Origin: the human T2T-CHM13v2.0 reference genome, Homo sapiens
Strand: one strand, 5' to 3'
Assembly: GCF_009914755.1 (NCBI RefSeq)
Contig: NC_060946.1
Length of the DNA: 64,000 bases
Shown here piece by piece: positions 1 to 16,133 of the stretch (the first letter of the stretch is position 1; each line of letters starts with the position of its first letter). The notes under the pieces were generated by a model that worked only from the letters and a program-made list of their open reading frames with translations, had not been told where the DNA came from and did no database searches. A program made the translations under genes and the position numbers.

Positions 1-1867
1 TTAATTGGATTGTTTGTTTTCTTATTGAGTTTAAGAGTTCTGAATATATTTTGGTTCCAAATCCTTTATTAGATATATAGTTTGCCAGTATTTTCTTCTA
101 TCCTATGGCTGTCTTTGCATTCTGACAGTGTCTTTCACAGAGCAGCACTTTTTAATTTTAATGGAGTCCAACTTATCAGTGTTTTCTTTCATAGATTGTT
201 CTTTTGATTTTGTGTCTAACAATTCATCACTAAAGTCACTTGAAATGTCTTTGGTCCTTTGTCAAAAATAAATTGGCTATGTCTGTGTGGGTCTATTTCT
301 GGGCTCTCTATTCTGTTCCATTGACCTTTGTGTCCATTATTTGCCAATGCCGTACTGTTGTGATTACTGTACTTCTGTAAGTCGTGAAATCAGGTAAAGT
401 GAGTCATTTAGCTTTGTTCATCTTCAGTATTCTTTTGGTTATTCTAAGTACTTGGTCTTTCCCCTTAAAATTTAAAATTAGTTTGCCAATATCTGCAAAT
501 AGCTTATTAGAATTTTATTAATATTATGTTGCATCCATAAATCAAGTTAGGATAAATTAATATCTTAATAATATTGCGTCTTCCAATTTATGAGCATGGA
601 ATATCTTTCCATTCATTTAGATCTTAAATTTCTTTCATCAGTGTTTTGTAGTTTTCCACATGCAGATCCTATATCTATTGTGTTTGATTTGTACTTAAAT
701 ATTTTATTGTTGGTGGTTTTCTAAATAGTATTTTTTTAATTCAAATCCTGTGTTCATTGCTGTTAAAGAGAAAAACCTTGACATTTTTATTGATCTTGTA
801 TTTTTCAACCTTACTACACTCACTCATTAGTTACAGGAGACTTTCATAAATACTCTGCGATTTTCTACATAGACAATCATGTTGTCTACAAATAGTTTTA
901 ATTTGTCTTTTCTAATTTGTATACTTTTTTATCTCTTTTTTCTTATAAAAGTTACAATTTCTAATACAATTTGCAATAAGTAAGAATGGTGAGAGATAAT
1001 ATCTTTGCCTTATTCTCAATTTCAGGACGATGTCCAGTCTCTCACTGTGAAGTTTGGTATAAGCTGTAGGTTTTCTTGAAGATATTCTTTATCAACTTGT
1101 AGAATTTCCCAACTATTCATAGTTTGCTAGAGTTTTTGTCATGAATGGGTAGTGAATTTTGACAGTTCTTTTCTGCAAGAATTGACCTGATTGTATGATT
1201 TTTCTTTGCTAGCCTGTTGATAAGATTACTTATATTGATTGATTTTTGAATGTAGAACCAGTCTTCCATACTTGAAATAAATCCCAAATGGTCCTGATAT
1301 ATAATTCTTTTTATATACATTGTTGGAATGAATCTCTTAGTATTTGATTGAAGACTTCTTAAAAAAATCTACATTTATGAGAGATATTGCTGTATAGATT
1401 TTCTTTCCTTAATGTCTTTGTCTGGTTTTAGTATTAGGATAATGCTGGCTTAAGAACATTAAGTTAGTAAGTTAAGAAGTATTGCCTGTGATTCTGTTTT
1501 CTGAAAGTGATTGCAAATAATTAACATTATTTCTTTTTTGTGTGTTCGGTAGAATTCACCATTGAAAACACCTGAGATTGGTGGGGTTTGGGGTGGAAAG
1601 ATAGTTAATTCTTAATTATCTATTCAATTCCTTTAATTAATATAAGGATATTCCAGTTATCTGTTTCTCCTTATGTGGGTTTTCGTAGTTTGTATCTTTT
1701 AAGAAATTGGTCCATTTCAAATTTGAGAGCAGAGAGTTGCTTATAGTATTCCTGTATTATTCTTGATCTTCCTTTCATTTTTGAAATTGGAAATTTGTGC
1801 CTTCTCTCTCTTTGTTCTTGGTTATCTTGGCTAGGGGTTTTATCGTGTTATTGATCTTTAATCTTCA

Positions 1868-2972
1868 GATTATTATTATTTCAATAGTTTTGGGAGAACA
1901 GGTGGTGTTTGGTTACATGGATAAGTTCTTTAAGTGTGATTTCTGAGATATTGGTGCACCCACCAACTGAACAGTACCACCTGACTACCCAACGTGTAGT
2001 CTTTTATTCCTCACCCACCTCCCACCTTTTCCCCTAAATCCCCATAGCCCATTGTATCCTTCTTATGCCTTTGCATCCTCATAGCTTAGCTCCCACTTAT
2101 AAGTGAGCACATACGATGTTTGGTTTTCCATTTCTGAGCTACTTCACTTACAGTAATAGTCTCCAGTTCCATCCAGATTTCTGCAGATGCCATTATTTCA
2201 TTCCTTTTTATGGTTGAGTAGTAGTCTATGATATATCTATATCTATATTTCACATTTTGTTTATCTGCTCATTGGTTGATGGGCATTTAGGTTGGCTTCA
2301 TATTTTTGCAATTGCAAATTGTGCTGTAATAAACATGAATGTACAAGTGTCTTTTTCATATAATAACTTCTTTTCCTCTGGGTAGATGCCCAGTAGCAGG
2401 ATTGCTGGATCAATGGTAGTTCTACTTTAAAAATTCTAGAAGATAAAGTCAGAAAAACTCTTCTAGACATTGGCCTAGGTGAAGAGTTCATGACCAAGAA
2501 CCCAAAAGCAAATAGAACAAAAACAAAGATAAATAGATGGGACTTAATTAAACTAAAAGCTTCTGCACAGTGAGATAAATAATCAGCAGAGGAAATCACA
2601 ACCCACAGAGTGGGAGAAAATATTTGCAAACTATGCATCCAACAAAGGACTAATATCCAGAATCTATAAGGAACTTAAACAAATCAGCAAGAAAAAAAAA
2701 ATCCCATCAAAAAGTGAGCTAAAATTCTCAAAAGAAGATATACAAATGGCCAAGAAACATGAAAAAAAATGCTCAACTTCACTAATTATCAGGGAAATGC
2801 AAACCAAAACCACAATGTGATACCACCTTGCTCCTGCAAGAATGGCCATAATTTAAAAATCAAATAACAAATGTTGGCACAGATATGGTGAAAAGAGAAC
2901 ACTTTTATACTGTTGGTGAGAATGTAAACTAGTACAACCACTATAGAAAACAGTATGGAAATTCCTTAAAGA
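1868..2972 (-). mobile_element. L1PB-like LINE-1 with 5' inversion (twin priming)
   Basis: L1PB 3'UTR antisense 1868-2428, then sense ORF2 piece 2429-2972 ending ...ttccttaaaga, which adjoins the start of the antisense piece (taaagtagaac) in the L1 consensus. Confidence 0.85.
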
Positions 2973-3288
2973 TTTATTTTTTTTTTATTTTATTGTTCTT
3001 TTTAGAGATAGGTTCTCCCTCTGTCACCCAGGTTGGAGTGCACTGGTGTGATTATAACCCACTTCAGCTTCAAACTCGTGGGCTAAACCAGTCTTCACCT
3101 CAGCCTCCTGAGTAGCTGGGACTACAGGCACATGCCACCATGCCCAGCTAATTTTTTTTTTAATTATTGGTGGAGAAGAGATCTCACTATGTTGCCTAGA
3201 CTGGTCTTGAACTCCTGGCTTCAAGTGATCCTCCAGCCTTGGCCTCCCAAAGTGTTGGGATTACAAGTGTGAGCCACTGCATCTGGCC
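2973..3288 (-). mobile_element. AluJ
   Basis: Diverged dimeric Alu, poly-T at left, ends ...tctggcc. Confidence 0.9.
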
Positions 3289-3871
3289 TTTGTGTTACTG
3301 ATTTTTAAATAAAAAACAAATATTGGGTTTTGTTGAGTTTCTTTATTATTTTCCTATTTTCCATGACATTGATTTTTGCTCTACTTTTTTTTCTGCTTGC
3401 TTTAGGCTGTTGGTCTTCTTTCTATTTTTTTCCAAGTTGGAAATTACTATATTAGTTTGTGATTTTCTTCTAATATATGCATGTAATGCTATAAATGTCC
3501 CTCCAAGAACTGCTTTTGAGGCATCCCACAAATTTTGATCAGTTGCATTTTAATTTTCATTCAGTTCAAAATGTTTTAAATTTACTTTGAGACTTCCTTT
3601 TTTAACTCATCAGTTACTTAGAAGTATGTTGTGTAAAATCCAAATACTTGGAGATTTTCTAGTTTAATTCCATTGTGGTGTAAGAACATATGTGGCATAC
3701 TTTCTATGCTTTTAAATTTCTTGAGATGTGTTCTATGACCTAGAATGTGGTCTATCTTGGTGAAAGTTCCATGTGAAATAAAAAAGAATATGCATTCAGC
3801 TGCTTTGGAGTGGAGTATCCTATAAATTTTAATTCAATTAAATTGATTGATAATATTATTCAGTTATACCT

Positions 3872-4709
3872 TGTAGGGTCCCCCAGTTTCCTTTCTCTCC
3901 CTACTTTTTTTTTCTGTGTCCTGACCTAGAAACAACAGTCCTTGACTGCCGTGTTGACCTGGCCAGCTGCATGTTTTCCCTTGCAGGTTAGAACCCAAGC
4001 AGGGGGCCAGGCGCTGGTAGCTCACGCCTGTAATCCCAGCACTTTGGGATGCCGAAGCGGGTGAATCGCTTCAGCCCAGGAGTTCTAGTCCAGCAACATG
4101 ATGAAACCTTGTCTCCACAAAAAATACAAAAATTAGCTGTGTGTGGTGGTGTGCACCTGTAGTCCTAGCTACTCGGGAGGCTAAGGTAGGTGGATCGCTT
4201 AAGCCCAGGGGGTCTAGGCTGCAGTTAACTGGGATTGCGCTACTGCACTCTAGCCTGGGTGACAGAGGGAGACCCTGTCTCAAAATAACAAAAGAACCCA
4301 AGATGGGGTTTTGAACATTCACAGGCCCTGATAAACTTGTTTAAGTTGTTGCCTGAAACATGGAAATATAAAAAATGTTCCTAAACATGTAGAAACTAGA
4401 CCTGGCCTTTAGCCAAATTCTTTAAGCCCACACATAAATTCCATAATCTGACCCTCTCACTGCAGAGACACCTCAGTAGAACATCTGTATTCTTGTTCAT
4501 CCAAAGGACATGTTGCAGTCTCCACCCCATGTAGGTCCCCTTACTGTATGCTTTAGACTGATCATCACCCTGGCGTTTAGTGCTTCTTTCTCTGAGATCT
4601 CAACTGGCCCCATCTCAGGATGGTTTGGGTTCTTGTGGCAGTCTCTTGCAAGAACTCTGCTGCTGCTGCTTTGGGGTAACTCCAGCTATTGGGGTGGGCT
4701 GACAGAACA
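3872..4709 (+). mobile_element. ERV1-type solo LTR (MER39-like, tentative), interrupted by an Alu
   Basis: TG...CA-bounded, more GC-rich block inside the old L1; ends ggggtaactccagc...gacagaaca. Confidence 0.5.
4005..4292 (+). mobile_element. AluJ
   Basis: ggccaggcgctggtagctcacgcc...gagaccctgtctcaaaa. Confidence 0.9.
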
Positions 4710-5639
4710 TTTCATGGATTTTATGCCTGCTTGGTCTGTTGGTCTATTAATTACTGATGGAGAGGTGCTGAAGTCTCTAGTATGATAGCAGATTTGTCTA
4801 TGTTTCTTTCAACTCTATTAGATTTTGCTTCATATATTTTGATGCTCTATTGGTAGGTCAGTACACATTTAGGGTGGTTATATATTCTTGGGGAATTGAC
4901 TCCTTTATCATTATGTAATACCTCTCTTTATCGATGATAATCTTCCTTGTCTGAAGTCAGCTTTGTCCAAAATTAATCTAACTGATCCAACTTTTTAAAA
5001 TTAGTGTTAACATTCTATATCTTTTTTTATCCCTCTACTTTTCATCAAGCTGACTCATTATATTCAAAGTGCATTGCTTGTAGACAACACGTAGTTAGGT
5101 CCTACATGCCATATAATACTATGCCAGGCACAGTATATATATGTTTTTTTCTATCCTCTCTGACAATCTTTGTCTTCTATATGGTATATTTAGGCCATTA
5201 GTATTAAAAGTACTTATGTATATGGTTGGATTAATATCTACTATATCTATAGCTCCTGTTTGTTGCATTTTTCTTCTTTCTTTCTCCCCTTTTTCTACCT
5301 TCTCTGGTTTTAAATGAGCATTTTATACAATTTCATTTTCTGTTTCGATTAGCATATAAATTAATAGAAATAATTTATATCTTCTATTAGCATATCAATT
5401 ACGCTTCTTTAAAAAATTATGATAGCCCTAGAGATTACAATGTTCATTTTAAACTTAACTAAGTTTTCGTTCAAATAACTCTGTACTATTGAAAATGTAC
5501 CATAGGCACTTCAAAACAGCATTCCCAGTTACTTCCTACCATCATTTATGACATTACTTTTATTTACTGCACTTATCTACTGGCCCAATTTCTTATTACT
5601 CTCATTGCTTTAAACCAACAGTTATCTTTTCTCTCTCTC

Positions 5640-5962
<323 letters not shown>

Positions 5963-6184
5963 TAAGAAGAAAGAAAATAAAAGATTTCATTTTAATTCAT
6001 TTATTCTTTCTCACTCTTCTTTATATGTATCCGTGTTTCTGTCCTATATAGTTTCCTACTTTTAACTTGAAGGGCAGATGTAGCAGTAATATATTTCTTT
6101 AGCTTCCATTTGTATGAAAAAGCCTCTATTTCTCCTTCACTTTTGAAGGGTAATTTTGCTGGATATAGAATTCTAGATTAATGT

Positions 6185-6538
<354 letters not shown>

Positions 6539-6697
6539 TCACTGTCATCTTGGTTGCACATTACTAATTAAACACCTGCTGTACTTCTTATCCTTTTTCT
6601 TCTAGAGGTGAAGTTTCCTCTTCTTTCTGGCTTTTTTCAAAGTGTTCTCTTTGTCTTTATGTTTTCTGCAGATAGAATGATATGCCTAGGTGCAGTA

Positions 6698-7864
6698 TTT
6701 TATATATATATATAAAAAAATATATATAAAATATATTTTTATATATTTATATAAATATGTTTATATAAATATATATAAATTTATATATATGTTTATATAT
6801 ATAAATTTATACGTTTATAAATTTATATATAAATTTATACGTTTATAAATTTATATATAAATTTATACGTTTATAAATTTATACGTTTATAAATTTATAT
6901 ATAAATTTATACGTTTATAAATTTATATATAAATTTATACGTTTATAAATTTATATATAAATTTATACGTTTATAAATTTATATATAAATTTATACGTTT
7001 ATAAATTTATATATAAATTTATACGTTTATAAATTTATATATAAATTTATACGTTTATAAATTTATATATAAATTTATACGTTTATAAATTTATATATAA
7101 ATTTATACGTTTATAAATTTATATATAAATTTATACGTTTATAAATTTATATATAAATTTATACGTTTATAAATTTATATATAAATTTATACGTTTATAA
7201 ATTTATATATAAATTTATACGTTTATAAATTTATATATAAATTTATACGTTTATAAATTTATATATAAATTTATACGTTTATAAATTTATATATAAATTT
7301 ATACGTTTATAAATTTATATATAAATTTATACGTTTATAAATTTATATATAAATTTATACGTTTATAAATTTATATATAAATTTATACGTTTATAAATTT
7401 ATATATAAATTTATACGTTTATAAATTTATATATAAATTTATACGTTTATAAATTTATATATAAATTTATATATAAATATAAATAGTTTTTATATACTTT
7501 TTACATTTTATAAAAGTTAAAATTTTATAGTTTTTTTATATACTATAAAATATATAAATTTTATAGTATTTTTTAATATACTATAAAATATAGTATATTT
7601 ATAAATATATATTTTATATATTTATATAAATATATATTATATATTTATATTTATATATAAAATATATATTTATATTTATATATAATATATAAAAATATAT
7701 ATTTATATTTATATATAATATATAAAAATATATATTATATATAATATATAATATATAAAAATATATATTTATATTTATATTAATATATATAAAATAAAAG
7801 TACATATTATTTATATATATATAATATATAAAAGTACATATTATATATTTATATTTATATATAA
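6698..7864. repeat. AT-rich tandem array; core 6801-7470 has ~23 identical 28-bp units (acgtttataaatttatatataaatttat) plus one 16-bp unit
   Basis: acg recurs every 28 nt (6911, 6939, 6967...7443); flanked by degenerate (TA)n-type sequence. Confidence 0.97.
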
Positions 7865-7875
7865 ATGGAAGAATC

Positions 7876-8007
7876 TAGGGAAGAAGATCTGACTGTATTT
7901 CACAGTGATTATCTTTTCTTCCCCCTGCAAGAAACACTGTGGTCCTGGCAGACTTCACATAGTTAAAGTCCACAAAAGTGTGGGGACTACCCCATCAATA
8001 CCACAGT
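7876..8007 (+). repeat. 132-bp local direct copy of 9692-10126 without the Alu
   Basis: Hand alignment gives 13 mismatches in 132 bp. Confidence 0.9.
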
Positions 8008-8612
8008 AGTTTATATATGTGTGTGTGTGTGTGTGTATTTTTTTTTTTTTCTGCTTGGAGTTATCTAAACTTCCTGTATCTATGATCTGTAATTTGGTGT
8101 CTGTCATTAATTCTGGAAAATTCTCAGCCATTATTACTTCAAATATTTATTCTGTTCCATTCTCTATTCCCGTTTGGTATATGCATTCATTATACTTTTT
8201 GAAACCCTCCCACAATTCTCAAATGTCGTGTTCTGCTTCGTTTTCTTCATTATCTTCCCATTTGCATTTCAGTGTGGAAAGTTTTTATTGACCCATGTTC
8301 AAGCTCACTAATATTTTCTATGTCCATGTCTACTCTACTAATGAGGTATTCAAAGACATCTTTCATTTCTGTTACAATGTTTCTGGTTTCCAGCATTTTA
8401 TTTTGATATTTACTTAGAATTTCCATCTCTCTGCTTATATCACCTTCTGTTGTTTCTTGTTGCCTACTTTTTCCATTAGAGCCCTTAACATGTCAATCAT
8501 AGTTATTTTAAGTGTTCAGTCTGATGATTCCTGCATCTCTATCATGAATGAATCATGTTCTGATGAATGCTTGGTATTTTCAGACTGGGTAGTTCTTCTT
8601 GGTTTCTGCCAT

Positions 8613-9083
<471 letters not shown>

Positions 9084-9644
9084 ACTTTATAATTTTTTAT
9101 TGAAACCAAGACATTTTGTATCTATCAGGTAATAAGAATTAGAGGTAAATAGTTCTCTAGTGTAAAGATGTGTATACATCTGGCTAAAAATGGACTTCAT
9201 TTAAAAATTGCTCAGTTACAGGTGTCAGAGGCTTTACATTCCTCTGTCCTTGTTTTTGTCTTTCCTCTTTATTTTGAAATTCCCCTAAGCACTCCTACTC
9301 AGAGAGAGCCTGTGTCTCCTGTCTCTCTTAGGTATAATGTACAACAATTATTCCAGTTATTTTATTGAAATCCTGTGGCGGTGTTGTTAAGGTGTTGGGG
9401 AGGAATGAATTCTACAGTCTTCCAATTTAGATGAGTCTTTTAGTGGGCTGATGTTTCTGGGCTGTGATCTTCACACGTGTTTCTCCAGTTGTATAACATT
9501 TCCCTTTCCCCCTACTCCACTCCCCAACTACAGTGTTCCCAGTCTATTTACTGGAGGCCTGAATGCTCTTTATAATATACATTTTCCCCTTAGGGGAGAA
9601 AGGAGGACTAGATGGAGCTGCAGTAGGAAGAGTGTCCTTCCCTA

Positions 9645-10049
<405 letters not shown>

Positions 10050-10469
10050 GAAACACTGTGGTCCCAGTAGACTTCACGTAGTTAAAGTCCACAAAAGCAT
10101 GGAGACTACCCCATCAAGACCATAGTCTTCAGGAAGTTTTTGTTTTCACGTTTTCCCATATTTGGCTTCCAGAAATTCATCAGAACTTCGTCTTGAGTGT
10201 TCCTATTTATGGCGCTCACAGCTTCTATCTGGGCTGTGTCTCTCTGGAGTGTGCCTATCACCACTAATTTTGGGGTAGTGATTTGCCTGTCGTATTAGTT
10301 CTCTGATAAGTCCAAGAAAAGTCATTAATTTTTAATTTTTCCAGCTTTTTATTGAAGAACAAGACAAATGATTTCCAAGCTCTTTACATGTCAAAGCTGA
10401 AATTGGAAATTTTAATCGAAGTTTAAATATGGCTTTTTTATGCCTAGCAGTTCTTCTCACAGGAATTTT

Positions 10470-11160
<691 letters not shown>

Positions 11161-12482
11161 ATATAGAACAGGAAGAAATGAAACCATTTTTGTTTGCGGA
11201 TGATATCATTGTTTACATAGGAAAAAAAACCTCCTAAAATGAATAAGTGATTATAGCAAGTAAGTATTACCTTAAAGGATTACAGTTAATATTCAAGTCA
11301 ATGACTTTCCTAATATAATAGCAATGAACAACTGAAATTTGAAATTAAAAACACAATGCCATTTACATTAGCACCTTAAAAATAAAATGTTTAAGTATAA
11401 ATTAATAAAATATATACAAGATCTATATGAAAAACACTACAGAACTCATCAAGAAAATCATAGAAAACTCAATGAATGGAGAGACATTTCATGTTTATGG
11501 AAAAGAACCCTCTAAATTGTTAAGATGTTAGTTTTTCCCAACTTGATCTATTGACTCGTTGCAATCCCATTGAAATTTCAGCAAGCTATTCATGCATATT
11601 GAAAAACTGTTTCTACAGTATATGGGAAGAGGCAGAAGACCAAGAGTAGCCTAAAATACTAATGGAGAAGAACAAAGTCAGAAGACTTACACTACCTGAC
11701 TTCGAGACTTACTGTCAAGCTACAACAACCAAGAAGGCATAGCATGGACAAAATAATAAATAATTATTTCAATGGAACAGGACAGAGAGCTCAGAAATTG
11801 AGCTACACAAATATAGTCAACTGATCTTCAACAAAAAAGCAAAAGCAATACAATAAAGAGAAGATAGTCTTTTCAACAAATGTTGGTGAACACCTGGATA
11901 TTACATGTAAAAAAATAAATATAGACACAGACCTTACACTATACACAAAAATTAACTCAAAATAGATTATATTTTGGACCTAATGGACCTAGACATAAAA
12001 TGCAAAACTGTAAAACTCTTAGATGATACAGAAGAAATGCAAATGACCTTGGATTTGACAATGACTTCTTAGATAAAATACCAAAGAAATTACTGATAAA
12101 TGAAACTTCATTAAAATTAAAAGCTTATGCTCTATGAAAGACACTGTACAAAGAATTAGAAGATGGGCAGCAAATTGGGAGAAAATGTTTGCAAAAGACA
12201 TATCTCATAAAGGACTATAACCCAAAATACACAAAAAAATCTTAAAATTTAACAATAAGAAAACCAACAACAATATTTAAAAATAGAAGATATGAATGGA
12301 TCTCACCAAACAACATACACAGGTGGCAAATAAGCATGTGAAAAGCTGCTCAACATCATGTGTCATTAGGAACTTGCAAATTAAAAGAAAAATGAGATAT
12401 CACTACATACCTATTAGAAGGGCAAAAATCCAGAAACTGAGATCACCAAATGCTGGTGAGGATGTGGAGCAACAGGAATTCT

Positions 12483-12518
12483 CCACACTTCATCTTAGCC
12501 AAAAGGCCAAGAAGTGAT
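12483..12518 (-). pseudogene. RNU2: 3'-truncated (tailless) U2 snRNA retropseudogene, U2 nt ~1-36
   Basis: Reverse complement atcacttcttggccttttggctaagatgaagtgtgg matches U2 5' end ATCGCTTCTCGGCCTTTTGGCTAAGATCAAGTGTAG; 16-bp TSD agcaacaggaattctc / agcagcaggaactctt. Confidence 0.92.
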
Positions 12519-12895
12519 AGCAGCAGGAACTCTTATTCACTGCTAGTAGGAATGAAAGTGGTACAGCTACTTTGGAAGACAGTTTGGCAGTTTCTTACAA
12601 AAATTTTATATATGATCCAGCAAGTATACTTCCTTGATACCTATGCAAATGAATTGAATACTTAGTTCACACAAATCCTTCACGTGGATGTTTCTACCTT
12701 CTTTATGCATAATTGCCAAGACTTAGAATAAACCAATATGTCCATCAGTAGGTGAATGGATAAATAAACTGTGGTATACCCATACAATGAATAACTATGG
12801 TTATTCAACACTATATGAAAAGACATGGAGGAAACTCAAATGCATGTGAGTAGAAGAAATCAATCAGAAAAGGTTACATACTGCATGAGTCCAAC

Positions 12896-13367
12896 TGATG
12901 CAGGACAAGCAAGCCCCAGTATTAAGTCTTAGCCAGGGAAGGTTTTTGGCTTCACCCAGAAAAGAATTCAAGGGTGGGCTGGGTGGTATTAAATAACAAC
13001 TTTTATTGACATGGCAGAAGTACTGTTCCTTGTGGAGCAGGGTTACCCCATAGGCAGTGGTGTGCAGGGTAGCAGCTCAGAGGCAGGTTTGCACTCATAT
13101 TCAACCCCACTTTTAATTATATGCAAATTAATGGTAGATTATGCAGAAATCTATAAAATGAGGGTGGTAACTTCTGGGTTGATGGGTTGTTGCAATGGAA
13201 AGGGGGCAGTAACTTCTGGGTGTTGTCATGGCAGTGGTAAACTGACATGGCACACTGGTGAGCATGTGTTATGGGGAGGTGCTTCTGCCCAGACCTGTTT
13301 TAGCTAGTCCTTAATTTGGTCCAATGTCTAAGCCCACCTCCAGAGTTGAGTTCCCCTTCCTACCTCA
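12896..13367 (-). mobile_element. ERV1 solo LTR (MER66-like)
   Basis: TG...CA ends; 4-bp TSD caac (12892-95, 13368-71); minus strand starts tgaggtaggaagggga...ggactagctaaaacagg; minus-strand aataaa at ~13003-13008. Confidence 0.75.
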
Positions 13368-15392
13368 CAACAATATGACATTCTGGGAAAGGCAAAACAA
13401 TGGAGTCAGTAAAAAGATTAGTGGTTACCAGGAGTTCTGGGGAGGGGTAGGTGAATAAGCTGAGCCTAAAGGAATTTTAGAGTAGTGGAACTATTCTGTA
13501 TGATACAATAATGGTGGATGTATGTCATTATATGCTTGGCAAAACCTACAGAATGTATGACACCAAGAGTAGACCTCATGTAAACTGTGGACTTTGGGTG
13601 ATGATGTGTCAGTGTAGGTTCAGTGATGTAATAAATCTACCACTGTGCTACACTATGCTGATAAGTGGGGGAGGTGGTGTGGGAGAAGGGGGTACATGGG
13701 AACTCCCTTTACTTTCTGCTCAATTTCGCTGTGAACCTAAAACTGCTCTAAAAATTAAAAGTCTATTAAAATTAAAGTCTAAATAAAGCCTATTAAAAAT
13801 AAATATATATATTTAACAATGCTGCACCTCTTATTTTATTTGCAAGAAAAAGTAATAGGCCTTGGGGAATATAAAAATATACTAACAAGATTTGAACTAA
13901 AACTTTTGCATAACTGAAAAATGATTATCAAGATTCAGTAAGCTTGGCCAATGACATGATTCTTCTATTTGGACCCCTGTATTATTTAATCTTATAATTT
14001 TGGTGACCATTAATGGTGGTTATTAATGCAGGATATGCAGGTCATACAATGGCCATTAAAACCAAATATCAAAATAAACTGAATTTTGAGCCAGATCTTC
14101 AAATTGTTACATTTTCATAAACCATGATTTCCAAAAGGAATAAAGCCTATTTGAATAGGCACATTTAAATAAAATAAGATGCACGCTTAATTTAAAAATG
14201 AATGACATACATTTTGGGGGTATTTGGGGCATGCATTTTTAACCCTTTTTGGGAGTGTGTGATCAAAAAATTTGTGAGCTATTGATTCAGAGGGCCAGAC
14301 GCACTAGTAACTAAATAGTCTTATTGTCGAGATCAATGACAAAGACATGAACTAAGGGGCATTTGGAGCCCAGCAAAGGGTCATTTCTTGTTTTTGCTCT
14401 GGGAGACATCAGCAGCATTAACATAGAGCTTTTATTTACTTTTATTTTAAATACAAAACGTTCATGGGCCATCAGGAAAGCACGTTTGCCTAACAATTTG
14501 AAAATGCCCACATTTTGGAATTGAGGTCTTTTTCCTGTATATAATGTTCTTTACTTTTTGCAACATGTGGTTAATGCAAAAATAATATTTACCTAAGGGA
14601 CAAAAATTCTTTCAGCTATGCCTTCTTGGCTGGTCCCTTACCCAGCCTTTAAAATTTATTCCTGTCTCCCACTTTCTGTTTATTTCCCCCAGAAACAAAA
14701 GGAAAATCTTTGCCATCCATCTGTATAAGGGGCCCCTGATAACACATTAGGCAGTCACTCTCTTAGGGAGAGGAGAGGACAATAAACTAGAAAATAGAAT
14801 TGCCATGTGGAATAGTGCTGATGCATCTTTTCCTTACATTTTGCAAAGGTTGTAAGGTACTAAAATCGTGGATTTTTAGCCCAGGGAGAAATCATCTAAT
14901 CTAGTCTCCTTATTTTAAAGATGAGGAAATTTAGTCTCAGAGAGTTTTAGTGGCTTAGCCATAGAACCATCAGTTTGATGTAGCTCATGGATTATAGTCT
15001 AACACTTTCACTTACAACTGGGGACACTCAAGCTCAACAAATTAAGGGACTTTTCTAAGATTACACAGCCAGATGGGGGGTTTAAGAGGAGACCCCGGTG
15101 TTTGGACACTCAGAACCCTGTGCTGGACTGACAGCCCCTTAATGAGGTAAGATAGTTCTGTCAAAAGAAATGAGGGCTGAGAAGAAGTAGAATGGTGAGA
15201 TCCATCAGGTCATGAAGTCTCAGTTCGCATTTCCTCATTGTATGAAAAAGAATTTGGCTGGCCTTTATCTCACCGTACCTGGGAGGTAACCTCTAGGCCC
15301 TTGAAATTTCCCCAGTGATAGCAGTGTCCGTTACTCATGGTGGGCCCTTCAGACTACATCTGATACTTTTTGCTAAGAGGTCCTGTTCCTGT

Positions 15393-16133
<741 letters not shown>

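Larger units (their letters stand above)
11165..13810 (+). mobile_element. L1MC-like LINE-1 (3' ORF2 plus 3'UTR)
   Basis: A-rich sense ORF2 remnant starting at a tttgcggatgat motif; L1MC 3'UTR ...ctgtgaacctaaaactgctctaaaa. Confidence 0.85.

Noticed and set aside
6801-7470. CRISPR-like regularly spaced 28-bp repeat
   Set aside because: Units are head to tail with no unique spacers, and the context is eukaryotic with no cas genes.
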